Positions 21,558 to 32,825 of a DNA stretch of 32,825 nt are shown piece by piece. The stretch comes from Octopus bimaculoides (lineage: Eukaryota), in assembly GCF_001194135.2 (NCBI RefSeq), contig NC_068998.1, forward strand, positions 22,622,984 through 22,655,808. The letters run 5' to 3'. How positions within the stretch are numbered: the stretch's first letter is position 1; each line of letters begins with the position of its first letter. A program made the position numbers and the translations under genes. The notes below the pieces were generated by a model. That model made no database searches. It saw nothing but the letters and a program-made list of their open reading frames with translations, and had not been told where the DNA came from.

Positions 21558-21952
21558 NNNNNNNNNNNNNNNNNNNNNNNNNNNNNNNNNNNNNNNNNNN
21601 NNNNNNNNNNNNNNNNNNNNNNNNNNNNNNNNNNNNNNNNNNNNNNNNNNNNNNNNNNNNNNNNNNNNNNNNNNNNNNNNNNNNNNNNNNNNNNNNNNNN
21701 NNNNNNNNNNNNNNNATCTTATATAAATATTTATCGCCGAACTAACGTGGCAGTCCTGAGAAAGAGGACGAAAGCTGCCGTTGATTTGCTACGATAGGTG
21801 ATCGCCTCTAGGTAGCTATGTTACACAGAAATCTGCGTCTATAACACCTTCGAATGGGGGAGGAATTCATCTGTCCCTTACTAGCTGGGCAGCCACAGAT
21901 CGGTTTCGGGGTATATGCCCCTTGACAATGTGAAGTCGCTGAAAATCACTGA
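21004..21952 (+). repeat. Diverged A-B-A'-B' direct duplication with intervening microsatellites
   Basis: A 21004-21098 ~ A' 21382-21484; B 21194-21383 ~ B' 21764-21952 (shared TCTGCGTCTATAACACCTTCGAA and GGTATATGCCCCTT). Confidence 0.85.
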
Positions 21953-22158
21953 ATGTGTTCCACTGAATGTATGTAAATAAACCTTCGATCAGACGCCTGC
22001 TAGATTCAGCTATTCCACATTCTTAAGGGTCAAATGCACTGAAACTGGTCTATGGATGCCGAGCCAGCAAGCGGAATAATTGTCACACATTTTATTTACA
22101 GATAAATTCCTCTATTTACATAATATCGAGTTCTCTTCTATTCTTTTGTTGTCTTCCC

Positions 22159-22161
<3 letters not shown>

Positions 22162-22232
<71 letters not shown>
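22162..22232. repeat. (CT)n(CA)n microsatellite
   Basis: Directly visible. Confidence 0.97.
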
Positions 22233-22233
<1 letters not shown>

Positions 22234-23643
22234 TATATATATACTTTTCTTTCTGCATTAATCTGGCATATAAGTAATTTACTTATCATTAAGTGTAATG
22301 ATATAAGTTAATTACATGTTTTTAATTTACGAAACAATTTGTCGTGATGTTAAAATGTTGTTATTGCTAAATAAAATTTCATCAAAATATTTGTCTGCCA
22401 TTTATGATGTTGTACACTACATATCATTTACTCTTGTATTGTATTCAATTTAGTTTTTAGACACTATTCCTAATTACTCTCCTTCAATGCTGAATCATTC
22501 CTCAATCACACTTCATTAGCTATTGAATATTATATTTATTTTTAAAAATATAACGATAAGATGTTATAAATAATAAAAATAACACCATTTAAAAAACTAT
22601 TATAAAGAAATTATCTTATAACCTTTTACGAAATATTGGTAACATACATTACTAGACAATATACCGAAAATATTTATAAAAATAACCTCAGTGATAATTA
22701 TATAAGCCATTATATCTTTATCTATTCTAATCTGTACAAAATGTGAATGCTGTTTTTATTGATAGTTTGGTTTCCCTTAAGCACAACAAAAGTTATACAC
22801 TAGAAACAGAAAGCAACTCAATATGATTTAATACAGCATATATAGGGCTCTCCTCTAACATATATACTTACCTCCTTAAATCCATGCCTCTCCTTTTTTT
22901 ATGAAGATTGTACGGGGCTAACAAAATATTAAATAGGTTGTCTTATTTCACATGCTGTTACATGCTTTTACGTTTTCTGCAATGCATTTTAGACTTAAAC
23001 TAGTTGCAATAGCTTTGAAAACATTAAGAGGATATTTAAATACCAAGTAGCATTTAAGTCCTCTGTTTGTACACACCACAGAGTTTCCTATTTTATAATT
23101 ACCAGAAAGAATTGTATTATTCTCATTAATTTGATAATAGTATATTCCAGGTTCCGTCTAAACGTCTGGTTTCCTAACACTACAAAATAGTGTTAGTTTA
23201 CTAATGCAAGGAAACATACAATTCTTGTTATTCCTGTTTAGACCTAGGCCAGGTTGAATGAACAAACCTATACTTATAAATATTTTAGTCGTAACCGTGA
23301 TGTTACTTTCATGCATAACCTTATGCTGTATTACAGTATTCATTTCCTATTGCTTTTGAAAAGAAAATACGATGTTATATGCGGGAACCAAGCTTCAGGA
23401 AGCATACTCGAAAAACTGCGGCTCTTTAGAATATTAACATGGACGTGTTGTTTCATTCTTTTTCTGATGTCTATCTGTTTTTACATATCCGCACACAGTC
23501 TCACACTGGCCACCAGACACAGGTACACATACATACATACATACAGAAACCCACACACAAACACATACACACATAGAGGCACACACAGACGCATACACAC
23601 ACATACATGAACTGCATGTTTGTGTGCATATGTGTACGTGCAC

Positions 23644-23689
<46 letters not shown>

Positions 23690-24530
23690 NNNNNNNNNNN
23701 NNNNNNNNNNNNNNNNNNNNNNNNNNNNNNNNNNNNNNNNNNNNNNNNNNNNNNNNNNNNNNNNNNNNNNNNNNNNNNNNNNNNNNNNNNNNNNNNNNNN
23801 NNNNNNNNNNNNNNNNNNNNNNNNNNNNNNNNNNNNNNNNNNNNNNNNNNNNNNNNNNNNNNNNNNNNNNNNNNNNNNNNNNNNNNNNNNNNNNNNNNNN
23901 NNNNNNNNNNNNNNNNNNNNNNNNNNNNNNNNNNNNNNNNNNNNNNNNNNNNNNNNNNNNNNNNNNNNNNNNNNNNNNNNNNNNNNNNNNNNNNNNNNNN
24001 NNNNNNNNNNNNNNNNNNNNNNNNNNNNNNNNNNNNNNNNNNNNNNNNNNNNNNNNNNNNNNNNNNNNNNNNNNNNNNNNNNNNNNNNNNNNNNNNNNNN
24101 NNNNNNNNNNNNNNNNNNNNNNNNNNNNNNNNNNNNNNNNNNNNNNNNNNNNNNNNNNNNNNNNNNNNNNNNNNNNNNNNNNNNNNNNNNNNNNNNNNNN
24201 NNNNNNNNNNNNNNNNNNNNNNNNNNNNNNNNNNNNNNNNNNNNNNNNNNNNNNNNNNNNNNNNNNNNNNNNNNNNNNNNNNNNNNNNNNNNNNNNNNNN
24301 NNNNNNNNNNNNNNNNNNNNNNNNNNNNNNNNNNNNNNNNNNNNNNNNNNNNNNNNNNNNNNNNNNNNNNNNNNNNNNNNNNNNNNNNNNNNNNNNNNNN
24401 NNNNNNNNNNNNNNNNNNNNNNNNNNNNNNNNNNNNNNNNNNNNNNNNNNNNNNNNNNNNNNNNNNNNNNNNNNNNNNNNNNNNNNNNNNNNNNNNNNNN
24501 NNNNNNNNNNNNNNNNNNNNNNNNNNNNNN

Positions 24531-24563
<33 letters not shown>

Positions 24564-25454
24564 GAGTGAGGGAGAGAGATAGTGAGACAGAGACAAAGAC
24601 AGAGAGACAGAGAGAGAAAAGTGAGTCAAATAATTAGATGGGTTATTATGCATATATTGCTAATTTACAATTATTTTTTTGTGTATTATCTGCACGACAC
24701 TATAAAAGCATACAATCTTTTATATACGCACACGCAAATTATGGGCTTTTCCCTGTAGGCTACTTTCATATCTGCAAAATACACTTATGCATTAATTTTG
24801 GGAACATTCTGGATGTGGATGTGTATATATTTCTATTTACCGTGAATAGCAATATGTTTTCAAGAAATGTTAACACGTATTTATGATGTCTTTAAATCAT
24901 ATTTTTATTTTATTTTTCGTCGTCGAACATGTAACAATGAAATTCAAATGTTTCTTTAGATTTAATGAAAATTTCTAATCGTTAATATCTTCAGTTTAAA
25001 ATACATTTATATGAGTTTTTTTTTTTTATATATTTTGAATTAAATTTAATGTGTCTCCTCTTATTTTTACAATGTTTCTTTGGCTACAATACGCTTACCA
25101 CTGATTATTTTGTCACTTAATTATCTACGCATTTTTAATAGAATAATTGAAAGGATAATCCTGTTCATGTGCAATTAATTCGCATTGTAAAAAACGGGAT
25201 ATATTTACTTTATTTTAGTATGAACATTCACGTGATTTAAAAATCCTTCGTGTATATTTATATCACGACTGAATTAGTAATGAGATAGCAGAACATGCCA
25301 CTGTGATAAGGAAACACATACACGCAAGGAAGGGACTCGCAAACTCAGAAATTGTTATTGTTATTGATTTAAAGATCCCTTAATATAATTACAATTTTCA
25401 CGCTCCCTCATTTTATTACCATTTAAAACTTCGTTCCCTCTGATTCTCTGATTC

Positions 25455-25476
25455 TCTCTCTCAGTCTCTATTTCTT

Positions 25477-25516
<40 letters not shown>

Positions 25517-25553
25517 TCTTTCTCTCTCAATTATATATATATATACATATATA
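25455..25553. repeat. (TC)n/(TA)n microsatellite before a gap
   Basis: Directly visible. Confidence 0.9.
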
Positions 25554-25810
25554 NNNNNNNNNNNNNNNNNNNNNNNNNNNNNNNNNNNNNNNNNNNNNNN
25601 NNNNNNNNNNNNNNNNNNNNNNNNNNNNNNNNNNNNNNNNNNNNNNNNNNNNNNNNNNNNNNNNNNNNNNNNNNNNNNNNNNNNNNNNNNNNNNNNNNNN
25701 NNNNNNNNNNNNNNNNNNNNNNNNNNNNNNNNNNNNNNNNNNNNNNNNNNNNNNNNNNNNNNNNNNNNNNNNNNNNNNNNNNNNNNNNNNNATATATATA
25801 TATATATATA

Positions 25811-25909
25811 CACGACAGGCTCCTTTCTGTTTCTGTCTATCAAATACACTCACGAGGTTTTGGTGGTCTCGAGGGTACAGTAGAAGACATTTGTCTGATG
25901 CGTCACGCA
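25811..25909 (-). mobile_element. Degraded core fragment of the OR-like SINE
   Basis: CACGACAGGCTCCTTTCTGTTTCTGTCTATCAAATACACTCAC..AGTAGAAGACA aligns to ~16172-16270. Confidence 0.75.
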
Positions 25910-27725
25910 CCCACACCAATATAAATATACATATATACACATTACTAGCTTCAGTTTAAATTGGAGCTACTGTAATAGATGTGTATAAAAAAAGATCGGC
26001 AGGTTGTTTCTGTAGGATTAGTAAACTTGATGTGGATACCTTTGATAAGAATCCAATAAAATTAGAAAATAAATTAGGGTTGTTCATCATTCTTTTTGCA
26101 GCATAAAGGAAGTAGCCGAAGTAACTGCGTTTATATATCTACTTTATTTTACGCATATAACATACGTTGACACTCTGTGTCATACCTTCACTCCCTGTGA
26201 ACGATCCTCGTTACCAGGGTCTTCATATTAAAGTATAGTGTTAACATTTACGGTATTTAAATTAGTAGCCCCAATCTTCCGTAATTACTCTGTCTCTACG
26301 TTTTGTCAAACTGATTTATACATAACTGAAGAGAATCCACTATTGCTCGAAAACCGATTAATTGTGTTCACAGAGGTATCTGATAGAAATCCATTAATAT
26401 TCAAAAATCTATTGAATTTATTCGTCAAACTTTAATTCTGGGGAGAAATAGCCGAAGTAGTTCTGTTTATATATCTTCCTGATACGTTACACGCCCACGC
26501 TTGTATACAAGAGAGAGAGAGATTGTTTCATATACTATTATTAATGGGTGTTTAAAACCTCTGTGTTTATTTATCTAATGAACAACAGTTCCTTTTGCAT
26601 GCCATATATATCCTGATCCACGATCCTTTTCGGACGTTTAATGACGATATCTATGATACTATTTTACTGTGTATGTTTGTTTGATAGACCTATTTAATAC
26701 AGATGCGCGTTACGTACTTTGAAGAATCATGTCTTAACCTGAAGGGATGTGGCTTTCTGAAACATTACTGGCTTTTACATTTAAAGAGCTAGCATTATAT
26801 AACGTATTAATTCTCTCATTTCTTCCACGTAAGTCTCAAGTTATTATTTTACCATAGAGTACTATTTCATGTTGAGTGATATGTTATTATTGACATCGAC
26901 ATTATTCTAATGTGAATATTGTAATAATATGATGGAGCAGAAAGATGCTTGAAACATGAAATCTATATAGAAAAATGCTGGATTAAAGGAATTGTATAGT
27001 TAAGTAGTGTTGAGCGTATGTAATAGTTTCAATTTTCTGTTTTCTGTGTTCAATTAATTCCTGATTGCCTCTACGCCCACGCTGTAAACGTAATAAAGCT
27101 TAAAGCTCTGGTTAACATCACTGGTGAAGAAAACCCTTATTAAATCGGTATTGTTATAATATAATAGCTATATATTATTAAACGAATTTCATATAGTTCT
27201 TCACTTATTAGATTGCAGCATTAAGAGCCAAAAGCCCATGAACAAATTTTCAGTATTCCTGTTAAAATATAGTGTAAGCTTTTCTATAATATTAAATATT
27301 CAAATTTATAAATCATTAAACATTAAGATTTTCCAAGGCAATTCATACCAATTAAGTGAGTAGGAATCAGAATTTATTAGAAAGTTAATGTAAAATTGTT
27401 TTTGTGAATTAATATCGTTACGTTATACAGTAGCTGTTAATTTTGTGATGTCTTTTGTTATTTTGTGTAATAAGCTCATATTGAATGAGTGCAATAATAG
27501 CACAATTACCAGAAAATATCGATAAGCTATTGTTGAAGCAAACGTTTATTGTAGGTTCAACTGATAATGATACAGTATGTGAGAGGATCCTTCCTTATAG
27601 TGAGTAAGCAATTACCGTCGTGCTAACGAAAGCACAACTTCTAGATATTCTGACGGAAATACACCCTCTGTACATAACATATTTCAGTTATGAAATATGA
27701 TTGTTCACCATATTCATTCCAGACA

Positions 27726-28618
27726 CACAGTGTGTGATGGATAAATTATCCCAAATTTATATATTCTGTTTCGCTCATGCACATCGTTTGTTTTTATTTT
27801 ATCGACTATACAGTATCGTAGGATCTGTTGAGCACCGTTTGTGAGAAAAACAGCACCATGACGTAATTCAAACAGCCAGAAATTCGAAAACGACATGGTG
27901 TACTGCTTGACTTTCGTGCCGGAAGCTCCAGTACAAATATTTCAGAGAGTTGGGTGTCAATCAGAGGACAGTACAATCCGATGACATGTACCGAGAGTGT
28001 TAAAAATTAAACATGCAGTCAACATCATAGTGTTGGGAGGGATCACTAGTGATGGCGACGTTATAACACACGGCCTAGAAACAACACGGAGACTTACATT
28101 AAGTGACTGGAGGAGGTAGTGCCGCCCCGGTGAAGAGGGTAGCTGTTGGAAGATCTTGCGTCTGGCATCAGGACTCTGCACCATGCCACAAAAGCAGGAT
28201 AACTCAGCGATGGTTATCAGTCAATTTCTGCGACCACATCACACCTAACATCTGAGCACCAAACTCTCCATACCGCAACCCCATTGACTATTGCGTGTAG
28301 GGCGCATGTGAATGAGAGACCAACATCATTGCTTGTGATACCAAAGATAAACTGAAGGCAAGGATTATGGCGGCATTCACCAGCTTAAACTAGGAGACCG
28401 TCCAGAAGAGTTGCAGGAGATTCCGAAGTCGTCTGGATGCCGTGGTTGACGCCAATGGCGATTTCATTGAATAAATTTACTTTTTATATTTCAAGATATG
28501 TTTATGTAATTTTGGTAAATACATGTGTTAAATTACATTTGTTAAAATACATCTCGTAAATACATGTTATTTTACCGTTTGCGTAACTTAGGCGACAGTT
28601 TGTTCACTGCAACCTGTA
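27726..28618 (+). mobile_element. DD37D (maT-type) Tc1/mariner element, internally deleted
   Basis: QDSAPCH..PNSP..NPID with exactly 37 codons between the Asp at 28172 and the Asp at 28286; C-terminus RFRSRLDAVVDANGDFIE*; 3' TIR TTAGGCGACAGTTTGTTCACTGCAACCTGTA; degenerate 5' TIR near 27726. Confidence 0.85.
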
Positions 28619-29988
28619 TATCAAACCATGATAATATTACGCAGTGCAATGTACATAAATATTATAAATATATACATCGGAACATATACAAACACACGTA
28701 TATGTATGCATAATATATATANNNNNNNNNNNNNNNNNNNNNNNNNNNNNNNNNNNNNNNNNNNNNNNNNNNNNNNNNNNNNNNNNNNNNNNNNNNNNNN
28801 NNNNNNNNNNNNNNNNNNNNNNNNNNNNNNNNNNNNNNNNNNNNNNNNNNNNNNNNNNNNNNNNNNNNNNNNNNNNNNNNNNNNNNNNNNNNNNNNNNNN
28901 NNNNNNNNNNNNNNNNNNNNNNNNNNNNNNNNNNNNNNNNNNNNNNNNNNNNNNNNNNNNNNNNNNNNNNNNNNNNNNNNNNNNNNNNNNNNNNNNNNNN
29001 NNNNNNNNNNNNNNNNNNNNNNNNNNNNNNNNNNNNNNNNNNNNNNNNNNNNNNNNNNNNNNNNNNNNNNNNNNNNNNNNNNNNNNNNNNNNNNNNNNNN
29101 NNNNNNNNNNNNNNNNNNNNNNNNNNNNNNNNNNNNNNNNNNNNNNNNNNNNNNNNNNNNNNNNNNNNNNNNNNNNNNNNNNNNNNNNNNNNNNNNNNTT
29201 TATTAAAAGAGTTCCAACTCTGTCTGTTTTTTATGTTTTTTTTTAATATTCTTGTAAGATTAATGTGGGATATAGAATATGGAATATATAATATATAATA
29301 TAAAAATGGATGGTACAATGAAATGAAGGATTGAATGTCTTATTGAATATATGAAATATTGAGTGTTCAATATAAAGGATTGTACGTACACACACGCTCA
29401 GACAAACACGTCTACGCATTCACAAGCATTTTTATCTATCTATGTATATCTCTCTATAGTATTATAAAACATCTATGATATTGTTCGTGCAATGATCCTA
29501 GGTTTAGATCATGAAACTGGGTTCTAAATTAAGTCACAATATTACACAATCATTTGCCTTAAGTGAGACACAAATTAATGAGATTCATATATATGTGTGT
29601 ACAACTACGGGTTAATAAATCAGATATAATTTAGAAATATCAGATATATAGAACAAAATCTGAAGTGTATAAACACTAGAAGTTCCGCCTATAGAGAAAT
29701 AGAAGGGATATCTAATACTAGTCCCATTAGCTCCGCTAGAAGAAGCCGTAACAAGAAATATAGTTGTTGTTTCAACATAATTGTTTTCGATATGCACACG
29801 GTAAACTACCTATAATCCAATGAAGCAATCTCGGGATTTACCCACGAGATAAAATACACTAGTTATTCATACGTCTCATAGTACTAGATGTTCCTCACCA
29901 CCCTATGCCGTTAGACATAATTTTGATTACAATGGAGAGAGCCTGAGCGATCCACCCTTGTATATAGTATTCTTATCCATTCACTAGA

Positions 29989-30047
29989 CACACACACGCA
30001 CACAAACACACACACACATACACACACACACGCACACACACACACTC
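29989..30047. repeat. (CA)n microsatellite
   Basis: Directly visible. Confidence 0.95.
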
Positions 30048-30427
30048 AGGCATATATTCATATGGATATGTATGTATGGCTGCGAAAAGTGATATGTTCA
30101 CATATAAAATCGCATTTGTAATATATGAGAAATATAATGATAGTAATTACATGATATTATTATGCATAATAAATATTCATGGAACACAGAACCGGCACTT
30201 AATAATTTAAATTTACAAGTTCATAACCAAAACAATTAATTAATTTGAAAAGCTACCTTTGCTTCAAGAAGCAAAGGAACGATGAAATATATACCACTAC
30301 AGTCTATGTCACGATTCAAATGCGATGGATATTATTCCTACAAGAAGTTTCGTGGCTCAACTTTTGATTGAATATGGTTTCTGCTCCCTAAAACCGAAAT
30401 TTATTTATTTGTAATACGTATATGTAT

Positions 30428-30434
30428 ATCTATA

Positions 30435-30485
<51 letters not shown>
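30428..30485. repeat. (TATC)n microsatellite
   Basis: Directly visible. Confidence 0.95.
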
Positions 30486-30509
30486 ATAAAAAATTCCTCC
30501 ACCTCTTGC

Positions 30510-30540
<31 letters not shown>

Positions 30541-31371
30541 GTATGCATATNNNNNNNNNNNNNNNNNNNNNNNNNNNNNNNNNNNNNNNNNNNNNNNNNN
30601 NNNNNNNNNNNNNNNNNNNNNNNNNNNNNNNNNNNNNNNNNNNNNNNNNNNNNNNNNNNNNNNNNNNNNNNNNNNNNNNNNNNNNNNNNNNNNNNNNNNN
30701 NNNNNNNNNNNNNNNNNNNNNNNNNNNNNNNNNNNNNNNNNNNNNNNNNNNNNNNNNNNNNNNNNNNNNNNNNNNNNNNNNNNNNNNNNNNNNNNNNNNN
30801 NNNNNNNNNNNNNNNNNNNNNNNNNNNNNNNNNNNNNNNNNNNNNNNNNNNNNNNNNNNNNNNNNNNNNNNNNNNNNNNNNNNNNNNNNNNNNNNNNNNN
30901 NNNNNNNNNNNNNNNNNNNNNNNNNNNNNNNNNNNNNNNNNNNNNNNNNNNNNNNNNNNNNNNNNNNNNNNNNNNNNNNNNNNNNNNNNNNNNNNNNNNN
31001 NNNNNNNNNNNNNNNNNNNNNNNNNNNNNNNNNNNNNNNNNNNNNNNNNNNNNNNNNNNNNNNNNNNNNNNNNNNNNNNNNNNNNNNNNNNNNNNNNNNN
31101 NNNNNNNNNNNNNNNNNNNNNNNNNNNNNNNNNNNNNNNNNNNNNNNNNNNNNNNNNNNNNNNNNNNNNNNNNNNNNNNNNNNNNNNNNNNNNNNNNNNN
31201 NNNNNNNNNNNNNNNNNNNNNNNNNNNNNNNNNNNNNNNNNNNNNNNNNNNNNNNNNNNNNNNNNNNNNNNNNNNNNNNNNNNNNNNNNNNNNNNNNNNN
31301 NNNNNNNNNNNNNNNNNNNNNNNNNNNNNNNNNNNNNNNNNNNNNNNNNNNNNNNNNNNNNNNNNNNNNNN

Positions 31372-32825
31372 AAGATGAAGCAATCAAAGATGAAATATCA
31401 AAACTAGCAACCGGCAATGTAAAAGAAAAAATGCACGAACTATGGATCAAAGATATCTCCAGAGAAGAGAACAAATCACGAAAATTATGGCAGCAGAAAC
31501 AACTATTCCTGGACAAATATTCTACCAACTACGGTAAAGAATTTAGAACCCAGAGAAATAACAGTAAAAAAGAACAATCTCACCAAGGTAACAAAAGCCA
31601 GAGCATGAGGCAACATAAACACCCACCCCACCAGGAATCAAAGAGGAACTACGGTAAGAACTCTTCCCCTTTTGTACGCAAACACCCTAATGTACACATC
31701 ATAAACAAAAAAAACATGAACAAAATAAATTTTTCTCTGATCGAACCACTAGACGTAGGAACACCAGATCATTTTCAGAACCTCAACAAAGATTACCTAC
31801 AAAAAACGGGGAAAAAAACCGACCTAGAACCGGAAACAATACTAGACCATCTTCTCAGATCACTAAAACCAATACTTACAAATTGAAAAAGAAGATGTAT
31901 AATTCCGAAAATAGGTCGGCAAACATAACAACGCCAGCTAAAATAACACAACGAAAACACAAACTTCAAGTCAACACTAACACAAATAGAATCCATAAAC
32001 AGAAAGAAAAATCCCAGGAGGAAACATACCCAAAACAATTGGACATATAGATCCTAAGATAATTAATATTTCCAGAAGAGATCTTGACAATGATGAAACT
32101 CAACTTCTGTTAAAAGGCCTGAAATTTACACCTACACCAACAGTCAACCACCATGAACTAAAGGAAGATATCCAGAAATTCTGTCGCAAATTACGACTTG
32201 TCGAATTCTTCACCACCAATATTAATAATAAAAATAATAATGAAACCGAAGATTCTTTAGTGAGGAATAAATCAAATTTCACCCCACCAAAAGGCAGAAA
32301 TATCTACCTTGACCAATATATCGACACCCTATGAAACTTCCCCCTAAAACAAAATACCAAAATTAGGCCGAACATTAACAAATCAGAGATATCTGCACTT
32401 CAACGCATACAAGACGATGAAACAATAATAATTAAACAAGCAGATAAAGGGGGTGCAATCGTTATCATGGATGTGGAAGACTACAAGGATTTAGTTGAGG
32501 AACAACTAAAGGATACAACCTTCTATTGTGAAATACCCTCGAACATAGACCACCACGTCATGAAGAAGATCAACCACCTAGTTTCTAAACACTACAACTC
32601 ACTCACTGACAACGAAAGAGACTACATCACCAACTTCGAACCAAAACTCAGTAACTTTTACGGCTTACCCAAAATACATAACTCAGAAGATATTCAACAG
32701 GCAGTAAAAGAACAAGGAAGTGAATACATAAAAGTGCTACATCCAAAAGATTTAAAACTTAGACTAATTATAGCTGGCCCAGTATGCCCTACTCACCGTC
32801 TAAGCAATTTCATCGACATTCTTTT
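31372..32825 (+). mobile_element. Penelope-like element PLE3 (same broad family as PLE2), N-terminal region + RT start; runs off the window end
   Basis: From 32053: PKIINISRRDLDNDETQLLLKGLKFTPTP..IQKFCRKLRLVEFF..IIIKQADKGGAIVIMD..FYGLPKIHNS..LKLRLIIAGPVCPTHRLSNFIDIL, with one TGA at 32332. Upstream segments lie in two other frames (frameshifts near 31890 and 32050). Confidence 0.93.

Noticed and set aside
26109-26476. ~32 bp direct repeat (TAGCCGAAGTA..TTTATATATCT) at 26109-26140 and 26445-26476
   Set aside because: Only two short diverged copies with no internal coding or terminal signatures; not a CRISPR array, and not supportable as LTRs.
29612-29797. Short ORFs on both strands in a unique stretch
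   Set aside because: No recognisable domain and no convincing splice sites.
18751-31886. Long ORF-track entries containing X runs or YIYI/VCVC/LSIY repeats
   Set aside because: Artefacts of N gaps (about 5248-5346, 18908-19103, 21558-21715, 23690-24530, 25554-25791, 28722-29198, 30551-31371) and microsatellites. Only the post-gap part of 30543-31886 is real (PLE3).
32332-32334. In-frame TGA in the PLE3 RT as selenocysteine or readthrough
   Set aside because: Not at a conserved Cys position; a CGA-to-TGA CpG transition is the simpler explanation, and the copy also has frameshifts.
1-32825. CRISPR arrays, rRNA or prokaryotic operons
   Set aside because: None seen; the sequence is eukaryotic repeat-rich DNA.

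Overview
AT-rich, microsatellite-dense eukaryotic non-coding DNA from a gapped draft assembly. There are seven N gaps, most flanked by (TA)n or (TG)n. The repeat content (OR-like tRNA-derived SINEs, Penelope-like elements, mariners) resembles Octopus/cephalopod DNA; this is recognition from memory, not a search result. No host protein-coding gene can be supported. The window is a collection of decayed mobile elements. (i) Penelope-like elements (PLEs) at four loci: a near-complete but decayed copy with an inverted 5' pseudo-LTR and hammerhead ribozymes (1713-5240), two RT-bearing copies of another family (13246-14945 minus; 31372-end plus) and a GIY-YIG fragment (17990-18300). (ii) A nest of R4/Dong-like REL-endonuclease LINE fragments (7620-10515). 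(iii) Five Tc1/mariner remnants. (iv) OR-like SINEs. The most interesting signal is a ~275-310 bp non-coding composite element: tRNA-like Pol III head, then a trinucleotide microsatellite, then a minimal hammerhead ribozyme, then a (TGTAAATAA)n tail. It occurs four times (two near-full copies, one head-only, one tail-only), and one copy lies directly 3' of a Penelope GIY-YIG endonuclease. It is a candidate ribozyme-bearing SINE or retrozyme mobilised by Penelope elements. Element boundaries were placed by eye and are approximate.
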